Shown here: piece by piece, positions 28,415 to 36,490 of the stretch | Layout of the letters: each line of letters opens with the position of its first letter | Numbering within the stretch: the stretch's first letter is position 1 | Source: a virus | DNA: 64,000 nt | Virus record (IMG/VR): IMGVR_UViG_3300012009_000091 | Span: 103,070-167,069 of that record | Reading direction: 5' to 3' (one strand) | Program-made: the position numbers and the translations under genes | Notes under the pieces: model-generated | Seen by the model: only the letters and a program-made list of their open reading frames with translations | The model's database searches: none | Told to the model about the DNA's origin: nothing

Positions 28415-30321
28415 TGGATGTCGAACAATTGGTGCAAAAGATTCAGTACCATCGAGTGAAGTATTGGGCAGGCGAACCCGTGATTTCCGATACAGAGTTC
28501 GATCGGCTCGTCGAACAGCTACGGGAACTCGATCCCAACAATGTCATCCTGAATGAGATCGGGGTGGGGTTCATCGAAGGCCGACGGAAAGTGACTCATG
28601 AAATGCCTATGCTGTCTCTCCAGAAGTGCTACACAGTTGAGGACCTGTTGCGGTGGCGTAACAAGCTGTCGGATCCTGATTTGATTGTTAGCCCGAAGAT
28701 TGACGGTCTAGCTGTGGCGTTGCGTTACCGCAGTGGGACGTATGTTCAAGCCATCACTCGTGGAGATGGGCTAGTTGGGGATGACATCACGGAAAATATG
28801 CGGTTCGTGTCTGGCGTCGCTATGCATATTGATGAAGTTCAGGATATCGAAATCCGGGGCGAAGTGTTTATTCCTCGATCTGTTTTCGAGAACCTGTTTG
28901 CAGAGGAGTATAGCAACCCGCGAAATCTCGCGGTAGGTGCATTGAAACGCGACAACGCCAAAGAGACAGCGAAATTCTACTTGGTTTTTCAGGCCTATGA
29001 TGTTCTGGGAAAAGAGTTTTCTTTCGAGACGACCAAGTTCGACTGGCTGGCTTCAGTCAATTGCGTACCAGTTCCGGTAGAACTCGTTACGTCAGAAAAG
29101 GAGATCCGCGCTTTCCTTTTGACAACGCCTGATCAGTACCTTTATGAGATAGATGGCTTTGTGTTCAAAATTGCGAAGTGCTCTCTTCAGAAAGAGCTCG
29201 GCGCTACACGACATCATCCTCGTGGATCAATGGCGTACAAGCTTCAGGGGGATACCGGTGTGTCGTCAGTCAAGGCAATAGAGTGGCAAGTCGGCCGTAC
29301 AGGGGTGCTGACACCGGTCGCTCAGATCAAGACGATTACACTCTCTGGTGCAGTAATCAACCGAGTTAGTTTGCACAACACCAGTATCATGCGAGAGCTG
29401 GACAGCGATCTCCGGCTCTTGAATGCTTCGGTTCAAATTACGCGGCGCGGCGGGGTGATTCCCTATATCGAAAAGATGTTGACCCCTGGGGAGCCTCTTC
29501 AGGTCCCTCTGTATTGTCCGGAATGCAACGGCATCACATTCTTCGCAGACAGGGACCTGCTGTATGCAGAACACGCAATCGATTGTGCTCCGATTCTCTT
29601 GGGGACTCTGCAGCACTTCCTCAAGGTTCTTCGAGTCAAAGGATTCGGTCCTGCGATTTTGGAATCGTTGATTGAAGGCGAGTTCATTCAAACACCTGCA
29701 GACCTCTTGGGATTGACGGAAGACGACTTGCTATCCGTTGATCGGATAGGCGGAAAGCAGGCGAAGAAGCTTCTCGCTCGACTTCAAGAGGTGCGGCAGG
29801 TCCCTTTGTCAACTTTCCTCGTAGCACTAGGGATTCCCAATCTTGGGATTCAGCTCGCTTCGACATTGGCTGACCGCTACCCAACTTTGGGGGATTTGGC
29901 CAAAGCTAAAGAAGAAGATCTCCTTCAATTGCCTGGGGTAGGTGAGGTGGGATGCCGGATCGTCCAAGAGTGGCTTCCAGCTAAGAAGTACCTTATTCAG
30001 GACTTACTTAGACATATCCAAATCGAAGAAAATGTAAAGGACGAGGAGCCGATTGGGTCACTTCCCCTTGCAAACAAGTCTTTCTTGTTCACCGGTAAGC
30101 TACAGTACGCTACTCGATCTAGCGCTGAAGAGATTATCAAAAATCTCGGTGGGTCAATTGTATCTGCTGTGACTCGCAATTTAGACTATCTTGTAGTCGG
30201 AGAAACGTCTGGAGAAAGTGCCAAGCTCAAGCGAGCTCGAATGGTTCAGAGTGCTAAAGGAGCTCTTGAAATCATTGATGAGGATCAGTTTGCGCTTCTC
30301 GTTGGGAAGCGCAACCTGTAG
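28414..30321 (+). CDS. ligA: NAD-dependent DNA ligase
   Basis: PMLSLQK, KIDG, TRGDG, EIRGEV, NPRN, WQVGRTG, HhH repeats, C-terminal BRCT. Confidence 0.97.
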   Translation: MDVEQLVQKIQYHRVKYWAGEPVISDTEFDRLVEQLRELDPNNVILNEIGVGFIEGRRKVTHEMPMLSLQKCYTVEDLLRWRNKLSDPDLIVSPKIDGLAVALRYRSGTYVQAITRGDGLVGDDITENMRFVSGVAMHIDEVQDIEIRGEVFIPRSVFENLFAEEYSNPRNLAVGALKRDNAKETAKFYLVFQAYDVLGKEFSFETTKFDWLASVNCVPVPVELVTSEKEIRAFLLTTPDQYLYEIDGFVFKIAKCSLQKELGATRHHPRGSMAYKLQGDTGVSSVKAIEWQVGRTGVLTPVAQIKTITLSGAVINRVSLHNTSIMRELDSDLRLLNASVQITRRGGVIPYIEKMLTPGEPLQVPLYCPECNGITFFADRDLLYAEHAIDCAPILLGTLQHFLKVLRVKGFGPAILESLIEGEFIQTPADLLGLTEDDLLSVDRIGGKQAKKLLARLQEVRQVPLSTFLVALGIPNLGIQLASTLADRYPTLGDLAKAKEEDLLQLPGVGEVGCRIVQEWLPAKKYLIQDLLRHIQIEENVKDEEPIGSLPLANKSFLFTGKLQYATRSSAEEIIKNLGGSIVSAVTRNLDYLVVGETSGESAKLKRARMVQSAKGALEIIDEDQFALLVGKRNL

Positions 30322-30325
30322 TCAG

Positions 30326-30352
30326 AAAGCCCTCCTGGAGAGGGCTTTTTTA
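30326..30352 (+). terminator. intrinsic terminator after ligA
   Basis: AAAGCCCTC/GAGGGCTTT followed by TTTAG. Confidence 0.75.
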
Positions 30353-30357
30353 GGTAG

Positions 30358-30455
30358 GCTAAAAGAAGAGTACAAATAGAATTGACTCTTCTTTTACGAA
30401 ATAGAACGTCTCAATCCCCATCTGAACGGGGCACGTAGACTAGCCTTTCTCGTTA
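30358..30455 (-). ncRNA. candidate ~100-nt small RNA
   Basis: GTATAAG motif at 30460-30466 (minus); terminator AAAAGAAGAGT/ACTCTTCTTTT+AG; no ORF between them. Confidence 0.45.
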
Positions 30456-30611
30456 CTTACTTATACCTATTTCCAACGCAAAATGCACCCGCATTCTTGA
30501 CGATCACTTTGTCTCTAGAGGACAATCAAATTGCGGTGAGTACGTTCTGGTCCTCCAGTACTCGTCGTCAGGAGCCCTTGGCCCAGGGCTCCTAACTTCC
30601 TTGCATTGATG

Positions 30612-30646
30612 TTAAAAAGGAAGGGGCCTGACGATCCAGGCCCCTT
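30612..30646 (-). terminator. intrinsic terminator of the island operon
   Basis: AAGGGGCCTG/CAGGCCCCTT stem then CCTTTTT on minus. Confidence 0.7.
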
Positions 30647-30692
30647 GGGTTTGAGTGCAGAAGATGACTAGCCTTCTGCACTCGAGACGACC

Positions 30693-31091
30693 TTAGAGCC
30701 ACCAGTCGCCGCGGTATACGCGGATTTCCTGGCGCTCTTCGGCCTCTTCCTCTTCCTCTGTGTCGGTCCACTTTGAGGCCGTCCAGTACTGGTTCGGTTT
30801 CCACCGAACCTGGACGGTCTCGTGAACCTCTTCTTCCTCTTCCTCTTCCACCACCCACCAAGGTTGGTGGCGGTCGAGGACCCGAACCCAGTCCTGGATG
30901 CTTCGGGCCTCGAGCTCACGCGCCACGCGCGTAACGTGCTCGAGTTCCGCAGTCTGGACCAGACCTATCTGATGTAGGTCTTGCGCGATGCAGGACGCGT
31001 CGCGCAACAAGTCCATTCCGTGCATCCAGGCCCGGATACGCCGGGCGCTGATGACCTTGACCTCCCGTCGGTCGGTTACCGTGATATGCAC
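30693..31091 (-). CDS. hypothetical protein with poly-Glu tracts
   Basis: 132-aa ORF overlapping the end of the upstream gene. Confidence 0.6.
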   Translation of the reverse strand: MHITVTDRREVKVISARRIRAWMHGMDLLRDASCIAQDLHQIGLVQTAELEHVTRVARELEARSIQDWVRVLDRHQPWWVVEEEEEEEVHETVQVRWKPNQYWTASKWTDTEEEEEAEERQEIRVYRGDWWL

Positions 31092-32797
31092 AGTAACTCC
31101 CCCAACGAAGGGGTCAGCCCCTCAAGGCGCTTGGGCATCATCTCGTCGTTGAGATGTGCTCGACGCTCATACGCGTCGTCGAAGATCGTTACGGGCACCC
31201 CGTAACGATCTTCTAGCTCCCCCTGATGAGCTGAGTCATCCCAGGGCCGGGTAACCACGAAGAGACGGACGACTACCATCTCCTCGCTTCTCCAGCCCTC
31301 GGGCCCGGACTCTGTTCGCCCGTATCCCCGCACCTCTCCGATCACTCGTGCGTGGTCGGAGAGGCAATTAATGCCCCACTCCGCGTGAAGCCCGCCCACG
31401 TTTCGCACGCGTGCGGACTCCGGGAAGTGGTGGGCGACCATTACCGGCCGCTCCCAAGCAGTTCCCTGCTGGGGGCTCAGTAATATATCGTCAACCAGAT
31501 TCCACACACGCCAACCGACAAGGGACCCGTCTTCCGGGTCCTCTTTTGGGCGTGCAGCACGGATCTCTCTTTCCCTGACGTCCATGGACGTCAGCAGAGA
31601 ATACCATGCTTTATGGATCTGTGGGCGCAGGGAGCGGATCAGATGCCCTCGCTGGGCCCGGACCAACTTGGCGCGCCGCGCCCTTGAACTTCTGGCCCCC
31701 AGCAGAGGGTCTGATCGGAAGGCACCCGACTCAAGGCGATCTCGCCTCGTCCGCTGCGCGTTCATGGTTTCAGCCATGAACGCCACCAAGTCCTTTACGG
31801 TCTTGATGGCGGCCGTGTGCGTCCTTGGGCTGTTTACCGCCCAGGCCACCCACGATCGAGGCGAGGCATACGCCTCGGCTGCCTCGTGGCATATCTTCTC
31901 CAGGCTTACGGGACCGGCGTCCAGCGTCCAAACGAGGCCGCTTTGCGACCACCATTTGGGGTGAAGGCCGCACTGTTTTATGGTGCGAACCTCTTCGACC
32001 CCGATTCGTAGTCTGATTTTGCCCTTGTCATAGGCAACTTTTACGTCGCCATTGACTATTGCAGTCATCAACTTATCGTCGGGGTCCACCCACCGGAACC
32101 ATTTCAGCCACTTTCGGGCGGGCACGAGTGCCTGCTCTAACTGTGGCCGAATCGGCTGGAGACGCACCCACTCTGCGTGGAGACGCTCCAGCCGTGCCCA
32201 GAGACTCTCATCGTTCGGGCATACCAATTCGTCCCAGACGGCGCGGAGGAATGCGCCGCTCATCCGGGACAGCCGCTTCAACCACACGGTCTTAGTGTCG
32301 TGTGGGAGCGGCATAGGCTCACGCGCCCGGAGTTTCCTGCTCAGGCGCAGGATCGCCCGCACGCGCGTGCGGTTTCCGGGCCAGATGGGGCGTTCTGGCA
32401 GCATCGAGGCTAACGCCTTCGGATACTGCTCTGCCTTGATGCCAAGGCAGAACGCCCTGATCGCGGCTGAAGGGTCACAAGTGTACGGTGACCCCAACCG
32501 CGATGAACGCTGTTGAGTGGCGAGCCAATAGGCCACCCACTCATCCCACTTTTGGATGAGTCGGTTTGGCGGCAGCAGATTCCATCCTGCTTTCGCCAAA
32601 GCCCAGTCCACGCGATCCGCCGACCGGATTATCCCCAAACCTCGGAGCACGATCCGACCGTAGTCGGATGCGCTCTTGATTTTTCGGGCGGGCTTTGGGG
32701 AATAGCGCGCTCGAAAGGCCTCAGCGACAGTCCAGTCGCCGACTAGCCAATCCGCCTCTTCCTGGCGGAGCCAGGCGGCGGATGGAGTTGCACTCAT
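31076..32797 (-). CDS. hypothetical protein; C-terminal GWR...GLHA...VIGEV.G.G...GWR domain
   Basis: 573 aa; RBS AAGGAGGAG; GC-rich. Confidence 0.75.
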   Translation of the reverse strand: MSATPSAAWLRQEEADWLVGDWTVAEAFRARYSPKPARKIKSASDYGRIVLRGLGIIRSADRVDWALAKAGWNLLPPNRLIQKWDEWVAYWLATQQRSSRLGSPYTCDPSAAIRAFCLGIKAEQYPKALASMLPERPIWPGNRTRVRAILRLSRKLRAREPMPLPHDTKTVWLKRLSRMSGAFLRAVWDELVCPNDESLWARLERLHAEWVRLQPIRPQLEQALVPARKWLKWFRWVDPDDKLMTAIVNGDVKVAYDKGKIRLRIGVEEVRTIKQCGLHPKWWSQSGLVWTLDAGPVSLEKICHEAAEAYASPRSWVAWAVNSPRTHTAAIKTVKDLVAFMAETMNAQRTRRDRLESGAFRSDPLLGARSSRARRAKLVRAQRGHLIRSLRPQIHKAWYSLLTSMDVREREIRAARPKEDPEDGSLVGWRVWNLVDDILLSPQQGTAWERPVMVAHHFPESARVRNVGGLHAEWGINCLSDHARVIGEVRGYGRTESGPEGWRSEEMVVVRLFVVTRPWDDSAHQGELEDRYGVPVTIFDDAYERRAHLNDEMMPKRLEGLTPSLGELLCISR

Positions 32798-32889
32798 TTG
32801 TGCTCCTCCTTGGGCGCTTTTGCGCCCAGTTTTTGTCTTCGTTTGATACGTATCCCGTTTATACCAAACGTATCCCTCGTCTCACTACC

Positions 32890-33600
32890 GGGGCTTTGAG
32901 TGTGCCTCCACACTCCCACGTGAAACTCGATTGCGCGAGGTAGGACCATCCTATCCTCTGCAGGTCAGCTTCGTGGCCGATAGCTTCCGAGTATGCTGAT
33001 GATTGACCTGATTCACAGTGTCCAATTGTGAATCGCCATCAGCCGAAATGGGCGTGGCCAGCCCTCATGCAGTAAATTAGTGATCCGGCTTTATTGGGCT
33101 CCGGATTACGTTCTGCATATTGTTTCGTCACTGTGGTGCCACTTTCCACAGCTGTTTCTAGGGCAAGCTTCATCACTAGCTTGCAAGGATGCCTGACAGT
33201 GGACTACTGTCAGACTTTCAGAAGGCTTCTCATCTCATTACTAGAAGCAGGCTAGACTCCGTTCATGTAGACAAGTCGCATCTGTCCTTCTGATAGATCC
33301 GGTGATGTCGACTCTATTCAGAAGGCTCTACACTTCTATAAAGACGGGGGGTTAGTCATCCCCCCGGATGTTGCATCTGGGATGCCTCCCATAAACCTTG
33401 TAGGAAGTCCTACAAAGCTTACGGGAGGCACGCCCCCTTTCGGGGGCGCCTCCTTCTTCCTCATGCCCCAAAGGGGCATCTTGTGCAGCGGTGTCAGAAG
33501 CGCCTTACTGCTTCTGGCCTACTGCTTTGGGACAGCGACCTTTGTTCCGCCTCCCTGGGTGCGTAACCACCCGTCCCCCGTTTTAACGGGGGAGTTTGCC
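32890..33600. ncRNA. long hairpin-dense non-coding tract A (candidate large structured RNA)
   Basis: about 18 consecutive stems, no credible ORF; 22-bp stem at 33383-33430 has 3 G-U pairs on minus; GAAA loop on minus at 33431-33448. Confidence 0.6.
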
Positions 33601-33622
33601 TGTGTCGCGTCATCATCGAGCT

Positions 33623-33907
33623 CTACGCGGACGCCACAGGGGACCAATCCCCTGCGGCGAACAGGACCCCAAAAGGGATCCCGGGAGCCCAAATGAGGAG
33701 GCTGCCATCCGTAAGGATGGCGAGCTCCTCCTCGCCGGGCTCCTCTGCCGGCAATCTGCCGGCAGAGTAGAGCATCTCGATGATCAGCTGAGACGCGTAC
33801 TGATAACTCAGCCGCATCTCATCGCTGAACGCGACCTGTGAGAACGCCACTGGGTGGCACTCCCCACAGGTCGCGATTTCAACGATCGCGATCTCAAGAT
33901 TTTTCAT
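33623..33907 (-). CDS. hypothetical protein
   Basis: RBS GGAGG before MKNLEI; CGEC motif. Confidence 0.55.
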   Translation of the reverse strand: MKNLEIAIVEIATCGECHPVAFSQVAFSDEMRLSYQYASQLIIEMLYSAGRLPAEEPGEEELAILTDGSLLIWAPGIPFGVLFAAGDWSPVASA

Positions 33908-34007
33908 GTTCCTCCCGAACATGAGTTTCGTCCCTCACGCGGAACGGCGGATCGGGCGTATTATAGGGCCGCCCAATCTTCTACCCTCTGCGGCATAGCC
34001 GCATATA

Positions 34008-34103
34008 TGCAAGCCCTGGGAATCGAACCCAGGCGACGTTTGTCGCGTCCTTGGCTTGCGGTATGGGATATTGAGTCCCATCAATGCAACTGGGCAGGTC
34101 TGC
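34008..34103 (-). tRNA. tRNA-like element (non-canonical or pseudo-tRNA)
   Basis: T-arm CTGGG-TTCGATT-CCCAG and 7-bp acceptor GCAAGCC/GGCTTGC-A; no normal D-arm; upstream TGGGA-CTCAATA-TCCCA hairpin (CAA). Confidence 0.45.
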
Positions 34104-34423
34104 ATATTCCTTCTACTAGGCCTTGGGAGTGGGGTGGCGCTTTTCACAGCCTCTCGTGACCATATGGTCAACCGCCTGCTCCGTACCGTTCGATTACTCA
34201 ACACGACACGCTACTTTCGTGTTGAGGGCAACTTTTTCTGACGGGGTATTGCCAAGGTCCCCCATTACGCACCCACACCAAGTTACCCCCATTTTCGCTC
34301 AGGATTTCTCTGAACTTAGGGCCCTGGGCCTTTTGGCCTATACTTGTCTTCAGCTGTTAGGGATAGCTGTTAACCAGGGTTGATGGGATGGTTATACTTG
34401 CCGCCGAATATAGTCGGCGGCGG

Positions 34424-35587
34424 CTATGTTGGGTCGACGGCGATGACCGTCCCCAGCTTCATAGCCGGGGAATGGGTCATCGCCACCGTCGCCCCCACCC
34501 CTGGCTGGTAACAGGCCAGCCACGGCGTATTGTGGTACGCCATGGCTAGACTGATCGTCAGCCAATTGGGGCCTCGTCCACTTAGGACGATCCCCATTCC
34601 CGGCTGCACAGCCGGGGGGGTGACGTCGTTCAGATCGTCGACGGAGAATACTCCGCCGACGATCTCAAACGTGACGACGGCGAACTCGTCCCTCTCCTCA
34701 ACGGAGAAGGACAAGTTCGCCCCAGAGCCTTCAGATGAAGGCTCTTGACACCCGATTGGGACTGTGCCCAATCGGGGGTCGTTCACGCTTGCGGCTGCCG
34801 GGTGGCAGCCGTGAACGACGGACAGACCCAACCACGCGGGGCTGGGTCCGTCAAAAACGACGTGGTCGTCGGCCCCGAAGCCCCACCCACGGAGGGTGGT
34901 GTCGATTTTGGGAAGGTCTGTGCCTTCCCAATTGATCGACGAAACCACCCTGCCGTTGGGCAGGGTCTTCGTTATCGGAGCTTTTCCCAGCAGCTCTGAG
35001 AGCTGCTGGGTGGTGATGGTGGTGTCCATCGCCGTCTCCAGTGTCCCGGCGCTGAAATCGCACCGGGACAAGACCCGCTGGGCCAGTCTTTGCATTACTG
35101 GCCCAGCGTTGACCGTTCCCCGGTGAAGCCCGACAACCGTCCCCTCTAGAGGGTGGGTGTCGGGGGAGACGGTCTCCTCTCCGGCTAGCCGGCTTTTTAG
35201 GAGGGCTATACACCGTAGCCCGAGGTCTTCCCCAAAACGCCGCCACTCGTCCATAGCTTCGTCTTTTGACGAAAGTACTACGAACGCGTCACAACGCTTG
35301 AAAATTTCCTCGTTCTGTGGTGTAATTCGTCCCCCCACATCGACCAGTGTCAGAGGTAGGCCGACATTCTCCAATCCTGTCAGGACATAGTCCATGAATG
35401 AATTGGAAAAGTCGCCCTTACGTCTGATACGCTGGACGAGTTCTTGGGGGGCCGAATTGGCCCACGTACCTTCCCCGTCCGGACAAGCCCGGAACAAGAA
35501 GGTACCTTCCCGTGGAAGCAATTGCTTCAGGGAAGCGAAAAACACCGACTTTCCGGAATGAGGAGGACCGCAGATGATTACTTTCAT
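34424..35587 (-). CDS. csx3: P-loop NTPase fused to two Csx3/Crn3 (CRISPR ring nuclease-like) domains
   Basis: GPPHSGKS, ACPDGEG.W, LVDVGG; Csx3 motifs HGCHPAA...DPRLG and GIVLSGRGPNWL...YH..PWLACY.P..G..V..THS. Confidence 0.8.
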   Translation of the reverse strand: MKVIICGPPHSGKSVFFASLKQLLPREGTFLFRACPDGEGTWANSAPQELVQRIRRKGDFSNSFMDYVLTGLENVGLPLTLVDVGGRITPQNEEIFKRCDAFVVLSSKDEAMDEWRRFGEDLGLRCIALLKSRLAGEETVSPDTHPLEGTVVGLHRGTVNAGPVMQRLAQRVLSRCDFSAGTLETAMDTTITTQQLSELLGKAPITKTLPNGRVVSSINWEGTDLPKIDTTLRGWGFGADDHVVFDGPSPAWLGLSVVHGCHPAAASVNDPRLGTVPIGCQEPSSEGSGANLSFSVEERDEFAVVTFEIVGGVFSVDDLNDVTPPAVQPGMGIVLSGRGPNWLTISLAMAYHNTPWLACYQPGVGATVAMTHSPAMKLGTVIAVDPT

Positions 35588-35589
35588 CC

Positions 35590-36485
35590 TACTCCTCTCA
35601 CCAGAGAGTCATTTGCGCTCTACTCTTTCTGCTTGCACCCTACTGCAAGTGGAAATTTCAAGCTCCTGGGAAGACCTCCCAGTCGGGCAATTGACGAAAA
35701 TTGTTTTTACGTGACGCTCGTCAATTTGGTGCGTCACTATAAATACGCGGTTCTCGCCGCGTAAATAAAAATGGTTTAGCATCTGGTCAGGTAGGAAAGA
35801 CCAGGGATCATCAGGAAGATGATCTCCGCAAAGGACTTGCGGACCGTGCCCCGAGGATCGGGGTCTTTACAGAACTCATCCAGCATGTTGCATGCTGGGC
35901 AACCTACAAGGCGGACCGGGTTCTGATTCCAGTCCGACAGGAGTGCATTACGCTGCACAAACGACCACCATAACCTGGCAGTGGAGTCCGGAAATTCGCT
36001 TCCGGAACGGGTGGATCTTACCGAGTAACCACCATCTCGGCCCATGTTTAATGCTATTGGGGTGCAGGGACCTCTACGCGAGGTTGGCGGTGTAGATTTA
36101 GCTCTACACGAACTGATACTTGGTATTTTAGTCTGTAGTACCTTCAGACTATCCAGCTATGGCACTGGATGGCCAACAATCTAAGCCTGATTGCCCAAGG
36201 CAGCTCTTACCCAGAACTTGGGGAGTTCATACCCAGAACTCATAGGGCCTCCCATTGTAAAGGCGGGGTTGGTGCGCCTGCTCGTATAACTCCCTGAGCA
36301 AGGGGTTGGCACTTGGTAATCTGCCTTAGTGCCAGAGGCAGTTCATAACCCTGAACGGGGGCCTCCCATTGTAAAGGCGGGGTTGGTGCGCCTGGGGAAT
36401 ATTCGTGTGCCGAAGGGTGCGCGGTTGGGATCGGTGTTCTCCTTTTGGAGCCGATGTGCGCAAGTGGCACGTGGTAAGTTCCCTT
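35590..36485. ncRNA. long hairpin-dense non-coding tract C (candidate large structured RNA or leader)
   Basis: more than 20 short stems, pseudoknot, 36-nt repeat pair; GTATAAG promoter at 36491 on minus. Confidence 0.6.
36245..36394. repeat. perfect 36-nt direct repeat x2
   Basis: GGGCCTCCCATTGTAAAGGCGGGGTTGGTGCGCCTG at 36245-36280 and 36359-36394. Confidence 0.95.
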
Positions 36486-36490
36486 AAATA

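Noticed and set aside
33382-34383. Short ORFs 33382-33696, 33854-34159, 33935-34204 and 34123-34383
   Set aside because: They have no RBS or protein-like composition and overlap hairpins and the tRNA-like element.
36245-36394. CRISPR array
   Set aside because: There are only two repeats, the 78-nt interval is itself structured, there is no typical GAAA(C/G) end and no cas1/2/6 is nearby. Kept only as a possible mimic.
32800-36490. Stop-codon recoding as the explanation for the ORF-less tracts
   Set aside because: Conserved genes across the window are full-length and end in TAA, TAG and TGA, so code 11 fits.
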